A DNA stretch of 64,000 nt from a virus. Every line of letters starts with the position of its first letter. The first letter of the stretch is position 1. The notes below the pieces were generated by a model. The model saw nothing but the letters and a program-made list of their open reading frames with translations. It was not told the DNA's origin and ran no database searches. This document shows positions 9,949 to 21,467 of this stretch, piece after piece. Both the position numbers and the translations under genes were made by a program. The stretch spans positions 1 through 64,000 of IMG/VR virus record IMGVR_UViG_3300006735_000020; one strand, 5' to 3'.

Positions 9949-12327
9949 ATGGGATCTTTAGTAAAATCTAGTCTAAGTGCACTTAGCTCAGCAGAGGCTA
10001 GCTTTTGTCCGATGAATATTGAATTAGATCAATTTCCACGGACATTTAATGGCGGCTTTAAGATAAATTTTATTCAAGCTCTCTCTAGCTCACAAAGCTT
10101 TAAAAATTTAAATTATACTAACTTTTATCTTACTAATAATGTTTTATTAGATAGCGTTACAACATATAACGCACCAAAAATAAAGCCGAAAAAATATACA
10201 TCGACGTTAAATTTTGGAATTAGCGCTACGGCTTTTTGTACCTTCAAACAAGCTTCCTTAAGCACGTTTAAAATACAAAATAATATTTACGAAGCAGAAA
10301 ATTATGGGACAACATCAATTAGCTCTGAGAAGGGTGATGTTTTTGAAATTGAATTAGTGGATGATTTCAATTGTAGAGTTGCAACACGTGTTAACAATAT
10401 TCGATATTTTCTTGTTGTAGAAGATGATAACACTAGCGAGTTTAAAGATACACGTGAAGTATTATTTGTTGCAGAAAGTCAGTTACCTTTATCAGGCTTT
10501 AATCTAAACTACAACTTATGTAAATATACATCAATAAGCTATATTAATTTATATTCAACAAAAGCTAAATCTGGTACCCGGACGGTTTACGCCCTAACGA
10601 GTGATGGAAATAAGGTTGTAGCTACAAGATTAAATCCAATAAATCAATATAATGAACTTGCAGTTACAGCTTTTAGTATAAGACTGGATCAGGAATTAAA
10701 TTTAACTCTACCGTCTCCGTATAATACATCATATATAACATATGATAATTCCGGTAAGGTTAAAAATGCAGCAAGCGATTTTAATTTACCCTCTAACTAC
10801 TTATTTTATAGTTCGAGTAACAACGATAAGCAGGTTTTTAATTTTTTAACTTTAAAAAATATAGTAAATACACAAGATTCATTTACATCATCAAATAACC
10901 TCCTATCTACATCTGAAACTACTACCTTTGCGCAAAATTTAAGAAACTATACTAGTATTTTTTCTGACGTAGATAGTGAAGAAAATGAAACATTAGCATT
11001 AAACTATATTTACAATAATTATGATATAGTTATTAGGTCAGGCACGACACGCTTTACAACACCATCTTCACTTCAACCCTTTGATAAGATTAATATCAAT
11101 GATACAAAATTTGCAGATTGTGGTTCTTTTTCATTCGTTACGCCAGATTTATCAGATAGGGTATACAGTTTAGATGATAACTCTATTAAAGGTGAAAATG
11201 TAACCTACTTATGTACGTGGTTATCTGGTGGTATAGGTAAACGCGGAACGTGGGTAGATAGATATTTTTATCCTGATTTAGTCACAAAAGAAGAAGCTTT
11301 AGGCGGAGTTGGATCATTTAATGTAACTTATGATCAAGCTGTTGAAAACTTAATTATGACTAATTCAGATCTTAAGACGTCGGTAACTGAAAAATATTAT
11401 TTTGATAAAAAGAGTGATTTAGTTTTTGAACCATCAAAAAGATACAAATATGTGAGAATTGCAAAACAAGATTTTACTAAAAAATCTCCGACAAATTTTT
11501 GCGAAACTTCGGTTGTAAATAGAAAGGTTAATAATTACTTTTCTAATATAAATGAAAATGGTGGTTTTGGATTAGGATTTACAATACAAAACGATACAAA
11601 TGATTTTTATATAGAGTCGGAATATAATTCAATTGACGGTGGTATTTGTTTTAAGAAAAATGGAAAAACTTGTAAGTTTACCTATAAGTTATTTGATAAT
11701 AGCACCGAAGGTTTAAGTTTATCAGCTAGGATTGCGCAAACAACGTATGAGTATGAATTTGATATTGATTTATTTGAACAAAATAATGTTTTCTTATCTT
11801 TTGATGCTGTATTAGGTGAGTTTAAATTATATTTAAATTCAATTGAGTTGTATACATTTGAAATTAACGCTTTTCAAATGTATACTAAACGACTTCTATT
11901 TGGTGATATTTTCATATATTATATGAATGAGGATAATGAGCAACAAAGTATAGAAATATTACGTAATGCTGCTAGCGACCCGGAAGATAGAATAGCTATT
12001 GATAATCTATATCTCTCCCTCGAACCTCTTAATGAGAATGAACGATTAGCTTTCTTGTTTAATTCCAGTCTTAATAATATACAAGATATTACTATATCTC
12101 TACCGTGTGGTCAGAGAAATTTAACAGACAACATACAATTAGTAAACTCGATTAATACAAATCTCAAACATAAGAGTAATGCGGTGGATATTAACATTAA
12201 GAATTTAAATATAACAGACAGTAGTATTCGCGATGAGGTTAAAAATATTATTTTAACAAACATTAAAAACTCTATTCCTAAAACAACTAATATTAACGAG
12301 GTTAAATTTATAAACTATAAAAAATGA
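9949..12327 (+). CDS. Virion structural protein, possible ConA/LamG-like domain (start revised to ATG 9949)
   Basis: TAAATA 9937-9942 then N6-ATG; beta-rich C-terminal half (VFLSFDAVLGEFKLYLN). Confidence 0.55.
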   Translation: MGSLVKSSLSALSSAEASFCPMNIELDQFPRTFNGGFKINFIQALSSSQSFKNLNYTNFYLTNNVLLDSVTTYNAPKIKPKKYTSTLNFGISATAFCTFKQASLSTFKIQNNIYEAENYGTTSISSEKGDVFEIELVDDFNCRVATRVNNIRYFLVVEDDNTSEFKDTREVLFVAESQLPLSGFNLNYNLCKYTSISYINLYSTKAKSGTRTVYALTSDGNKVVATRLNPINQYNELAVTAFSIRLDQELNLTLPSPYNTSYITYDNSGKVKNAASDFNLPSNYLFYSSSNNDKQVFNFLTLKNIVNTQDSFTSSNNLLSTSETTTFAQNLRNYTSIFSDVDSEENETLALNYIYNNYDIVIRSGTTRFTTPSSLQPFDKININDTKFADCGSFSFVTPDLSDRVYSLDDNSIKGENVTYLCTWLSGGIGKRGTWVDRYFYPDLVTKEEALGGVGSFNVTYDQAVENLIMTNSDLKTSVTEKYYFDKKSDLVFEPSKRYKYVRIAKQDFTKKSPTNFCETSVVNRKVNNYFSNINENGGFGLGFTIQNDTNDFYIESEYNSIDGGICFKKNGKTCKFTYKLFDNSTEGLSLSARIAQTTYEYEFDIDLFEQNNVFLSFDAVLGEFKLYLNSIELYTFEINAFQMYTKRLLFGDIFIYYMNEDNEQQSIEILRNAASDPEDRIAIDNLYLSLEPLNENERLAFLFNSSLNNIQDITISLPCGQRNLTDNIQLVNSINTNLKHKSNAVDINIKNLNITDSSIRDEVKNIILTNIKNSIPKTTNINEVKFINYKK

Positions 12328-14288
12328 TTGAATATTTTAAATATGCTGCTACTGGTAGTTTTACCTTAAGTGGTGCACCATATACGGGATTTGTTAACGT
12401 AAGAGATGGTGTAGCTTATACCGGTAAATCACTTACTCAGTCTTCACAAATTTTACAATCTACTGATACTTTTTTCGCAAATAGTATTTTACATGAATTA
12501 GAGTTTGATAGAACAACAACACCTACTGTAGAGTCCGACATACTAACTAGACCTGTTATATCTCCGAGAAGTGTAATTGATCAATCTTTTATTGATACAA
12601 ATTTAGGTATTTTAAATCAAAACAATCTTAATTTATATGCATTAAATATAACATCGCGAAATGATTTGCTTAACTTTAAAAATTCTGCAAAAAATGGAAA
12701 TGCATACTTTTTGGGGCTATCGAGTGGTAAAAATGATACACGTAATGATGATACAAAACTAGCTAAAGATAATCAATTTCCTATACAAATAGACCCGTTT
12801 AGTTTTATTGATAAAATACAAGGTGTAAGTGTATTGGATGATACTATCGATAGCACTCTTTTTGTTTATAATAATGAAACGTATTTTTATTTTACGACAA
12901 CCTCTTCATCATCGCACACCTTTTCAGGTAGTTTTGTTAAGAACAGTACTCTAGTGCCTATTACACCTGATGAGGATACAGGTGAAACTTTATTTAAAGG
13001 TGGTACTAGGTTTACATATGACAATTCAACGGATATATTATATAGCTTGTCTGCTGGTTCTGCAGAAATAAATCTTAATTTATACGATAATAGCTTTGTT
13101 AATCCTTGCGGTAAGTTAAAATTAGTAGATAAAATATCCTTACGAGAAAATATTATTGATGAAACAGTTAAAATAGGAAATAATTTATTAGGGTATAGAT
13201 ACCGGGAGGACGGGGAAGAGAATAATACAATTGCTATTTCTATTAGGAATAAGTACTCGAATAAATTAATTGCAACAATCACAGCCGAGGAAGATGAAAG
13301 TATAGTTTCTTTTGATATAAGAGACTCGGATGATTCTATTTTAATTTTAACCGAGCCGGGTCAGGTACCACCAGAAGTTAGTGAAAAAGACACTAGCGGT
13401 GAAGGTGTATTTTACCTATATCAATTAGACGCTGAAAAAATAACTAATCTAAGTTCGAGTTTAAATCCAAAATGTGTATTTAGACATAGACCAACATATG
13501 AGTTTTCTGCAGTTGAGGGAGATGATATTAATATATTTTTCTCTCAAAACGATTCAAACGTCTTTATAATAAATGATAGGGGATTTATAACAACAAGATT
13601 TATATCGAATCCTGAAGAAGTTTCTGGCTTTGCAGATCCAGATAATTTACAATATCTCCCCGATATGTATTTTGATAACACAGGGGAGAGATTTAATTTA
13701 ATTGAAAAGAAGTTTAATTCTAATACACTTAGATCAAACTACTTTAATTACATAAATTATATAGTATCAAAAAATGAAACTGATCTATTTTTTCTTCTAC
13801 ATAATATAGGCCGTATATATTTGTTTAAAGAAAGCAATTTATTGTATCAAAATTTTGTACCACTCGATCTTAAGAATTTGTATGAAAAAATTACTAGTTG
13901 TGAGTCCAGTTTAGGAAGTACATTGAATAGTGAGATACAAAACATTATTAAAGATACGGTAAATATCTTTTTAAGCCTTAGTCTTATACCAGCTGCAACA
14001 ATATCAGCTGGTATACCTATACTAAGAGATTATATAACATATAAAGGGTTAGACATTAATTTTAGAGATATCGAGTTTCATGAAAACGAAGCAGTAGATT
14101 ATAATGTTGTTTCTCGTGTAATCAATCAACTTTTTGAGCTACAGCAACAAGTTTTAAATAGTATAATAGATAAAACAGAATTATTAGAAGAACCGGAGGA
14201 GGACTTTTTCGGTGAAATTGTAATCGGTGAGACTGAATTTGATGAAATAAACCCAGGTAGTACTGATAGTGGTTCTCCTAATTACTAA
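12324..14288 (+). CDS. Virion structural protein
   Basis: 654-aa ORF coupled to upstream gene within the tail block. Confidence 0.55.
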   Translation: MIEYFKYAATGSFTLSGAPYTGFVNVRDGVAYTGKSLTQSSQILQSTDTFFANSILHELEFDRTTTPTVESDILTRPVISPRSVIDQSFIDTNLGILNQNNLNLYALNITSRNDLLNFKNSAKNGNAYFLGLSSGKNDTRNDDTKLAKDNQFPIQIDPFSFIDKIQGVSVLDDTIDSTLFVYNNETYFYFTTTSSSSHTFSGSFVKNSTLVPITPDEDTGETLFKGGTRFTYDNSTDILYSLSAGSAEINLNLYDNSFVNPCGKLKLVDKISLRENIIDETVKIGNNLLGYRYREDGEENNTIAISIRNKYSNKLIATITAEEDESIVSFDIRDSDDSILILTEPGQVPPEVSEKDTSGEGVFYLYQLDAEKITNLSSSLNPKCVFRHRPTYEFSAVEGDDINIFFSQNDSNVFIINDRGFITTRFISNPEEVSGFADPDNLQYLPDMYFDNTGERFNLIEKKFNSNTLRSNYFNYINYIVSKNETDLFFLLHNIGRIYLFKESNLLYQNFVPLDLKNLYEKITSCESSLGSTLNSEIQNIIKDTVNIFLSLSLIPAATISAGIPILRDYITYKGLDINFRDIEFHENEAVDYNVVSRVINQLFELQQQVLNSIIDKTELLEEPEEDFFGEIVIGETEFDEINPGSTDSGSPNY

Positions 14289-14302
14289 GATAAATATAGA
14301 TA

Positions 14303-17092
14303 ATGCCAGAGAGTCTTTCACAACAACGTATATCAGATCAATACACATCTCTATTACATATAAGCGGTGGTAGTATTGCTTCTTGGGATAGGCGTAGCGC
14401 TGGAGAACATCCAGCTAAAGTGGCAAAAGTATACGACGGTGCTGGAAATGTTACTGGTATTTCTTTAAGTTCAGCAGACGATAGATTTATTATTAATAAC
14501 TTCACTAAGCCTATAGGCTGGTCCTATCAAAAAGAGTGGTTGGATGCTTTTTTTCCTATTAATGTTATAATAATGACAACAAATTTTGTAAACCCAGGAA
14601 CGAGAATAATGGGTACAAGATGGGTTCTGCAATCAGAAGGATTATTTACAGTTGGTGCTGGAACGTATACTGATAAAAATAACGATACTTTTACTTTTAC
14701 TGCAGGAAATAATAAGCAAAGAAATGGTAATAATCTTCAACAGGGTGATATAGCTGGTGAGTATAGAGCCCCTGTATTATTAGAAGATCTACCAAACCAT
14801 ACCCACACAACTAATACTAGGACAGAGATAGTTCCAGCTGGTAAACAAGGTGAAGGTACAAATGTTGGTTTTATATATTACTTCGGAGATACTATTAACC
14901 CGAAACAATTAACTGGTGAGGATGAGCGTTATCTAGATAGTGATGCTATTGTAGCATTTCAAAATAATACCGAATACAACGATCAATTAAATTACCGTGA
15001 TTATTTAATTAAAACTCGTCATGAGCAGGGTAGAACATATACTGATGCAGATTTTGATCCACAATATTCAAATCAATCACTGAGAGGCTGGGCGCAGCCA
15101 TCTGCTGGTGGCCCTGGTTGGGGTGGTATGTTAAATACAACAGGTAAATTTATTGGCAATAGTCCAAGACCAATTGATGTAAGATGGACATTTCAAGGTA
15201 CAGAGTATTTTATTGCTAGACCTATATTTGATCCTCGTACACAGAGTAGAGTGCATCCAGGTAGATTTACAAATGCAGATTTACTTAAAGCACGTGATTT
15301 TATCATCGGTGTTCTCGGGGTAAAAGAAGCACAAAAAGCGTTAGCGGGTGTTAATAGATTGATAGAGTTAAACGAATTACCGGAGCAAGCACGTTTTGGT
15401 GAAAATTTATATTATGGATTAGTTCCAGGTTCAAGAGTTGTTGAATCCACAACTACTGGTCAGTGTATAGGTCATAATAATATACCACCAAATTACCCAG
15501 TATATTTTTGGAGACGTGTACCTCTTGATTCTGTTGATAATATACCTCCAGCTGAACGACCAAGAGAAAACTTACCATTTGAGCTTATTATCGATAGTAA
15601 TCAAAAGTCTACTAAAGGGAATGTATTTAATTTAAATAGGTGGGCAGTAGATAATGGTTGGAATGGTCAAGCTGCTTGTCGAATTATTATTGACACTGGC
15701 GTTTACATTTACTCTGATGATCCAAATGATGATAAGGTACCAGGGATGATTATAGATGATTTTCCTGGTGGTTTAACCTTAATAAACAAGGGATTTATTA
15801 TGGGTAGAGGCGGTAACGGCGGTAGTTTTTATTCTGACGCGCAAAATGGTGGAGATGCTATACATGTTATTGGAAACTCTGAAATTACTATCGATAATAC
15901 TGCTGGTGGTATTGGTGGTGGAGGTGGCGGTGGTTCTGCTTCTCTAGAAGGGGAATCAGGAGGCGGCGGTGGCGCCGGTGGTGGTTGGGGCGGTACGTCT
16001 ACAATATTTCAATATCCAGGGTGGGATTTCGGTGATGGGGATGGTGGTCTAGTAGATATATCTACAGTAAGAGGTGCAAGGAATGATTTATGGAAAACTA
16101 CTGCTGCTGGTGGAGCAGGTGGCGCGCCTGGTGAACTTGGCAGTAACGGTCGGTGGTATAATAAGTTTACTAGTCAGTATTCATTACAATTATTTAAATC
16201 TAGAGGTGATATTGTAACAATTGGCTGGGGACCATTGTGGCCTGCATTACCAGGTGTAGGTGGACAAGCCGGGGGGAGCGGTGCTCATGGAAGAAGAAGA
16301 AAAGGCTACGATGATCAAGGGACTGGTGGTGGAGGTGGCCGTATACTAACAGCTACTGCTTATGGTGGCGGGACAGGCGGTATTCCTGGAGCACGTTTCG
16401 GTGCTATAGATGCTGATGGTAACTTAAAAACTGATGGCCCGGAGTGGAGTAATACAGCACCGCGTAATAACGGATCAGTTAATGTACAGGTAATACCTAG
16501 GCCAGGTAGATCAAGAGATAAAGTAATTGAAACATATGTAACAGCTTATAATAGAAGTCAACCATATCGTGGTTGGAACTCTGGTTATACGTTAAGACAA
16601 GCAAGAGGATTTGGTGCTGGTCGAAACTGGGCAGTAGGTCCTCACTGGAGAGCTGATCAGGTTAATAATAATACACCTGGACTTCCTTATATTGTAGCTG
16701 GTGTAAATAAACCAGGTAGGGGATCTCATACAGAGTTTGGTACTACAACAACTTTAAATTATAATGGATTTTCATACTTATCACCAACCGGTTGGGATGG
16801 TTATAACCATAGATCTGCTTTAGTACGTGGTGGCAGTACTAATCAACCTGGTGTATATGAGATTGCACCAGTTCGTAGAATAGGTGGGCAAGATCTTTGG
16901 GCTGCGCGATGGACTGAATATGTTAGTGCAGGTGGCGGTGGCTGGGGAGCAGCTGGAGGCCAGTCATGGGCTTCTACTAATCCAAGAAAACCTGGAAATG
17001 GTGGATTTACAGTAAAAGCTACGGCTGGTACTGTTACTATAATAGGTGGTTTAGTATATGGTGAAACTCAAGGAAATGTCAACATTAGATAG
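14303..17092 (+). CDS. Tail fibre/baseplate protein with glycine-rich C-terminal region
   Basis: LPNHTHT and HNNIPPNYPVYFWRR motifs (gp10/short-fibre-like), then Gly-rich GGGGG repeats. Confidence 0.72.
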   Translation: MPESLSQQRISDQYTSLLHISGGSIASWDRRSAGEHPAKVAKVYDGAGNVTGISLSSADDRFIINNFTKPIGWSYQKEWLDAFFPINVIIMTTNFVNPGTRIMGTRWVLQSEGLFTVGAGTYTDKNNDTFTFTAGNNKQRNGNNLQQGDIAGEYRAPVLLEDLPNHTHTTNTRTEIVPAGKQGEGTNVGFIYYFGDTINPKQLTGEDERYLDSDAIVAFQNNTEYNDQLNYRDYLIKTRHEQGRTYTDADFDPQYSNQSLRGWAQPSAGGPGWGGMLNTTGKFIGNSPRPIDVRWTFQGTEYFIARPIFDPRTQSRVHPGRFTNADLLKARDFIIGVLGVKEAQKALAGVNRLIELNELPEQARFGENLYYGLVPGSRVVESTTTGQCIGHNNIPPNYPVYFWRRVPLDSVDNIPPAERPRENLPFELIIDSNQKSTKGNVFNLNRWAVDNGWNGQAACRIIIDTGVYIYSDDPNDDKVPGMIIDDFPGGLTLINKGFIMGRGGNGGSFYSDAQNGGDAIHVIGNSEITIDNTAGGIGGGGGGGSASLEGESGGGGGAGGGWGGTSTIFQYPGWDFGDGDGGLVDISTVRGARNDLWKTTAAGGAGGAPGELGSNGRWYNKFTSQYSLQLFKSRGDIVTIGWGPLWPALPGVGGQAGGSGAHGRRRKGYDDQGTGGGGGRILTATAYGGGTGGIPGARFGAIDADGNLKTDGPEWSNTAPRNNGSVNVQVIPRPGRSRDKVIETYVTAYNRSQPYRGWNSGYTLRQARGFGAGRNWAVGPHWRADQVNNNTPGLPYIVAGVNKPGRGSHTEFGTTTTLNYNGFSYLSPTGWDGYNHRSALVRGGSTNQPGVYEIAPVRRIGGQDLWAARWTEYVSAGGGGWGAAGGQSWASTNPRKPGNGGFTVKATAGTVTIIGGLVYGETQGNVNIR

Positions 17093-17124
17093 TATTTTCA
17101 AATTGTGACATAAATAATAGTAGT

Positions 17125-18204
17125 ATGCCAGAAAGTTTAACAAATCAATTTATATCTGATTTTTACACTTCTTTGCTCCATTTAAGTGGTGCGGAGTTAG
17201 GGGATACTTTAAATAAAGTTTTTGATGGTGCTGGTAATTCTACAGGACTTGCGTTAAGTGGTGATAGAGTTATAATTAATAATTATATATACCCTGAAGG
17301 ACCTCTATCTGAACCAATAGAATGGTTAGATGCGTTTTTCCCTGTTGGTTGTCTCCAATTAACTTTTGATAATATAAACCCTCAAACAAGAATAGCTGGA
17401 ACTACTTGGGAGATAGCTGCAGAAGGAAGGTTTTTAGTGGGTGTTGGTGGTCATACAGATAAAAACACCGATTATAGAAAATTTTGTGAAGATGGCTTAC
17501 CTCCTGAGTCTGGTAACAGAGCAGGTGAATATATGACAGAGCTTAATGTTGGTAACATGCCAGCACATACACATACAACTAATGTTGGTTCTAATGATGT
17601 ATTTGTATCTACCGGTACAAGTGTTGCTAATGGCCAGCCCTTTGTTGCAACAGGGGTAGGTGTGACAAATTCAACACAAGCATGGCAAGAGCAGCAACGG
17701 GCAAGAAACGCGTTAGGAGCAGCGAGTGGATGGAATTGGAATAATCAGTTTGGAAACAGAACAGCAAATAATGATGATCCACAAGATATTGTAAGAAGAT
17801 CACTTGATCTTAATTTTCAATTAGGTTCTGCTGCAAACTATGATCCGGATATAAGAAGCAGATATCTAAGTAATACACAGTTTCAATATAAAGAAGTAAT
17901 CGGACTATGGAATGGTGAAACGCGATTTGTAGCGAGTAAATCGCCTTTAGGTAATGGATCGCAGTGGGACTTTAATGCTTATAGTTGGTGTATCGAGAAG
18001 GGTGCTGTGGATGTAGGGTCAGCACAAGCTGGAGAGCTAGCTAATAATGCTAGCCGTGCAAGTGTTGTAACAAGAGATAATCAGCAAGTTAATTTTAATG
18101 AAGGATCTGAGAGCATTAGACAATCTACGTCTGTAGGTGAAGGTAAAAAACATAATAACATTCCTCCATCATATGGAGCATATGTATGGAGAAGAATAGC
18201 ATAA
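17125..18204 (+). CDS. Baseplate/short tail fibre protein, paralog of 14303
   Basis: MPESL..Q.ISD.YTSLLH.SG N-terminus shared with 14303; MPAHTHT; C-terminal HNNIPPSYGAYVWRRIA. Confidence 0.72.
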   Translation: MPESLTNQFISDFYTSLLHLSGAELGDTLNKVFDGAGNSTGLALSGDRVIINNYIYPEGPLSEPIEWLDAFFPVGCLQLTFDNINPQTRIAGTTWEIAAEGRFLVGVGGHTDKNTDYRKFCEDGLPPESGNRAGEYMTELNVGNMPAHTHTTNVGSNDVFVSTGTSVANGQPFVATGVGVTNSTQAWQEQQRARNALGAASGWNWNNQFGNRTANNDDPQDIVRRSLDLNFQLGSAANYDPDIRSRYLSNTQFQYKEVIGLWNGETRFVASKSPLGNGSQWDFNAYSWCIEKGAVDVGSAQAGELANNASRASVVTRDNQQVNFNEGSESIRQSTSVGEGKKHNNIPPSYGAYVWRRIA

Positions 18205-18210
18205 AAAATC

Positions 18211-19761
18211 ATGGCAAATATTACTATAGTAAAATTAAAAGTTAGAAGAGGTACTGATAGTCAGCGTCAAGACATTGTATTAGATCAAGGAGAGGTTGGT
18301 TATACTCTTGATTCTAAGAGATTATTTGTTGGTGACGGAGCAACTTACGGTGGTACTGTTGCTGGTAATAAAGCAGTAGGCCCATTTGCATCAGTTGCTA
18401 GTTTAGGTCCAGGTGCTGGGGAATCTCCTTACTTACAAATCGGTGACCTTGGATATGCAGATAGTCGGTTATATATTTTAACTGGAGCTAGCTCGACTGG
18501 TAAAGCATATACTAATGCTTTGTCAGGATGGGCATATATAGGCAATATACCTGATGATACATCTATCGAATTTGATAGTAATAATAAGCTTTCTGTTAAA
18601 AACCAAGGTTTAGATTCGCAAAATATAGGTACAACATTTTTTGGAGATGGTTTATTATCATCTAATACAGAGGCTGGGCAAGCAAGTGTAGCATTCAATA
18701 CAGACTTTTTAGAGTTATCAAGTGCTGCTGGAGTAAAAGGGAGGCTAACACCTAAGCAGAATTCTATAACAAAGCGAGAAATAAAGGCTTTATTTCCATC
18801 TGCAAGTGGTTTAAAAGGCGGGGACGGTGAAGAGTTATCTCTCAGCGTTAATGAAGATCAATTTAAGTTTGATGTTAATAATAAGTTAGAACTTAAGAGT
18901 GTTGGATCATTATCATTTCCTATATCTACATGGGCTGGACCAGGCGATGGAACATCCTCAACAGAGGGTAGATTAGGTGGTGGTTTAACTGTAAATACAG
19001 CATCTAATAGACTCGAAACAACATTACAATCTGTTGACGGAGCACTTTTAATAAATGATAACGGCGTTGTAACATTAAATGGATCTACTTCAGCATTTCA
19101 AGAAATGCCTTATGTTAATGTAGAAAAGGGGTTAGTCACTGACGTACAAAGCTCTATATTTGATGTTGTAACAGCTACTGGGTTATCTGGTGCAGGTGCT
19201 GGTGATGGTGTGCCAATTGGTTCTATTTTACCACATGCGCAAGCGTTTAGCACCCCTCCCGCAGGTTATCTATTGTGTGATGGTCATGCATATGATGCAA
19301 ATACTGATCCGAAGTATAGACAGCTTTTTGATAAGATAGGTACTGTATATGGAGGTACAGGAATGTCTCTCTTTAGAGTACCGAGTTTAACTGGTGGTGA
19401 CGTTATGCTTTACGGTGCAGATGGTGCTATTACAGCAAGTACAAAAACACTATTCTTAAGTGCTACTGATGATGATCCTAACGGACTGCAGCAAAATAAT
19501 TTAAGCGCCTTTGGTGTTAACTTTATTATTAAATATGCTGAAGATCCTGTTTTAAACATCTTTAATGGCGCTCCTAATCAGGTGAGTCAGGGATTTTTAG
19601 GTAAATATGCACAGCAAGTATGTAACGGATTAGATTCAGGTGGAGGTGCAGTATCTTTAAGTTCTGCTGGATTTATTACCATGGCTTTATCCGGTGCTGT
19701 GCGTAATAGCGGTAGTAATGAAACATTTGATAGATTTGCAATACCGGTTTATAGCTATTAA
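18211..19761 (+). CDS. Tail fibre protein with tail-collar domain
   Basis: N-terminal VRRGT...GEVGYTLDSKRLFVGDG; collar motif VPIGSILP...GYLLCDG...LFDKIGTVYG. Confidence 0.8.
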   Translation: MANITIVKLKVRRGTDSQRQDIVLDQGEVGYTLDSKRLFVGDGATYGGTVAGNKAVGPFASVASLGPGAGESPYLQIGDLGYADSRLYILTGASSTGKAYTNALSGWAYIGNIPDDTSIEFDSNNKLSVKNQGLDSQNIGTTFFGDGLLSSNTEAGQASVAFNTDFLELSSAAGVKGRLTPKQNSITKREIKALFPSASGLKGGDGEELSLSVNEDQFKFDVNNKLELKSVGSLSFPISTWAGPGDGTSSTEGRLGGGLTVNTASNRLETTLQSVDGALLINDNGVVTLNGSTSAFQEMPYVNVEKGLVTDVQSSIFDVVTATGLSGAGAGDGVPIGSILPHAQAFSTPPAGYLLCDGHAYDANTDPKYRQLFDKIGTVYGGTGMSLFRVPSLTGGDVMLYGADGAITASTKTLFLSATDDDPNGLQQNNLSAFGVNFIIKYAEDPVLNIFNGAPNQVSQGFLGKYAQQVCNGLDSGGGAVSLSSAGFITMALSGAVRNSGSNETFDRFAIPVYSY

Positions 19762-19773
19762 ATATTTTAACAC

Positions 19774-21435
19774 ATGTCCATACAAATTTTAGAAAACACA
19801 TTATTAAAACTTCTTGTTAGGAGAGGTACGAATTTTGATCGACAGCAAATAACATTAGAAACTGGCGAATTAGGTTACACAACTGATACAAAGAGATTAT
19901 ATATTGGTGATGGTACAACTAAGGGTGGTATTATAGTTGGAAATAAATGGGCAGGTGAAGCAGCTGATCTAACATCATTAGCACCTGTAGCGAGTGGTGA
20001 TTATGCATATGATACAGATAATCGTGAATTTAAAATTCTAGTTAAAGGTACAGGAAGCGTAGCAGCTGATTGGGTAACTGTTGCAACATATTTAAGTGCA
20101 TTTAACCCATCTATTAATATTGACGCCAATAATAGGATATCAGTTGGTACATTATCAGCTGGTAATTTTTCTTTAAATGCAATAGGAAATTCCTTAACAA
20201 TCGATGGATCAGAAAAATTAGCGTTAAGTTCTACTATAAGTATAGACAAGATTACACAGAATAGTACGGGCTTAACTGATTATCTTACTCTACCATCAAA
20301 AGTAGATGTAGGTGGTGTACCATATACTTTTCCTACTACAGGTCCGCAAAAAGAGGACTTTTTGGCTTTCGAAAAGAGTAATGGCGCTGGGGGATCTCAA
20401 CTTGCTTGGAAAGTACCCAAAGAAGTTTTAACAGCTGTTGCACCAACCACAGCTGCTTTAATTCCGGTTGGTTCTATTCAAACATATGCCGGTCCATTGA
20501 CAAGTGCACCATATGGTTGGTTGAATTGTAACGGGCAAGCTGTTAATGCTGTAACATATTCTGAGCTTCTCACTGCTCTTAATGGACAATATGGGCGTAA
20601 TTTTACAGATAATACTTTCAATGTTCCAAATTTAAGTTCTACATTTATACATGGCTTTGATTCAACAACCAACAGTCTAGGAGCTCAATTCCCTTCTCGT
20701 GGAGTAGGATTATCGGCTCAAAAAACAACACTTTCAGCTGTTGGTATGAATTTTATTATCAAAGCTTTTGGCGGTGTAACTAATCCAACATATACCATTG
20801 GTAAAAACTTATCTGCTACTATTACTTCAGGATCAGGTGTTACACAAAATGTAACCGATACAGCCTTTAACCCACTTAGTGGTGAAGTAAGAATAACAAG
20901 ACCACAGCCTGGTATGCAAATATACGATACACCGAATATAGAACATACCTTTAAAATGCCAGGTGGTGTATCGTATGTTAAGTTTTACGTAACCGGGTCA
21001 GGATCTCCCGGTGATAAGCAATCGGGTAACGCCGGTGCTACAGCTATTGGATATCTTTCTGCAAAACCCGGAACAGAGTTTCCAGTTATTGTTGGAGCCG
21101 CTCCAATTGGACTTACTAGCGGACAAACTAGTTACATATATGAACCTAAAGCAGATGGTAATGATCCAATAGTTACAGCGCCAGGTGGCGCGTTTGGTTC
21201 AATAGACGCTGCGTCTCCAACAATTGCTGAAAGTGGATATTTACCGACAGGTACATTAAGGATTTTAGGTGGGGTTGGATTTATCGATACAGACGATGGT
21301 GGAGATGAAGAAGATGTTGGTGGAGCTGGATTTTATGGACACTCACCTGCATATGGCGGGGGTGGAGGGTCACATGCTGATAAACCCGCAAGTGCTGCCG
21401 TTGCAACTGGTGTTGTTGTGTTTGAATGGAACTAG
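19774..21435 (+). CDS. Tail fibre protein with tail-collar domain, paralog of 18211
   Basis: VRRGT...GELGYTTDTKRLYIGDG; IPVGSI...GWLNCNG...FNVPNL; Gly-rich C-terminus. Confidence 0.8.
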   Translation: MSIQILENTLLKLLVRRGTNFDRQQITLETGELGYTTDTKRLYIGDGTTKGGIIVGNKWAGEAADLTSLAPVASGDYAYDTDNREFKILVKGTGSVAADWVTVATYLSAFNPSINIDANNRISVGTLSAGNFSLNAIGNSLTIDGSEKLALSSTISIDKITQNSTGLTDYLTLPSKVDVGGVPYTFPTTGPQKEDFLAFEKSNGAGGSQLAWKVPKEVLTAVAPTTAALIPVGSIQTYAGPLTSAPYGWLNCNGQAVNAVTYSELLTALNGQYGRNFTDNTFNVPNLSSTFIHGFDSTTNSLGAQFPSRGVGLSAQKTTLSAVGMNFIIKAFGGVTNPTYTIGKNLSATITSGSGVTQNVTDTAFNPLSGEVRITRPQPGMQIYDTPNIEHTFKMPGGVSYVKFYVTGSGSPGDKQSGNAGATAIGYLSAKPGTEFPVIVGAAPIGLTSGQTSYIYEPKADGNDPIVTAPGGAFGSIDAASPTIAESGYLPTGTLRILGGVGFIDTDDGGDEEDVGGAGFYGHSPAYGGGGGSHADKPASAAVATGVVVFEWN

Positions 21436-21467
21436 TTGCTTTATAGCGTAGAGAAAATAACTACAAT

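Noticed and set aside
18211-21435. Diversity-generating retroelement, suggested by Mtd-like fibre N-termini
   Set aside because: No reverse transcriptase and no template/variable repeat pair seen in the window
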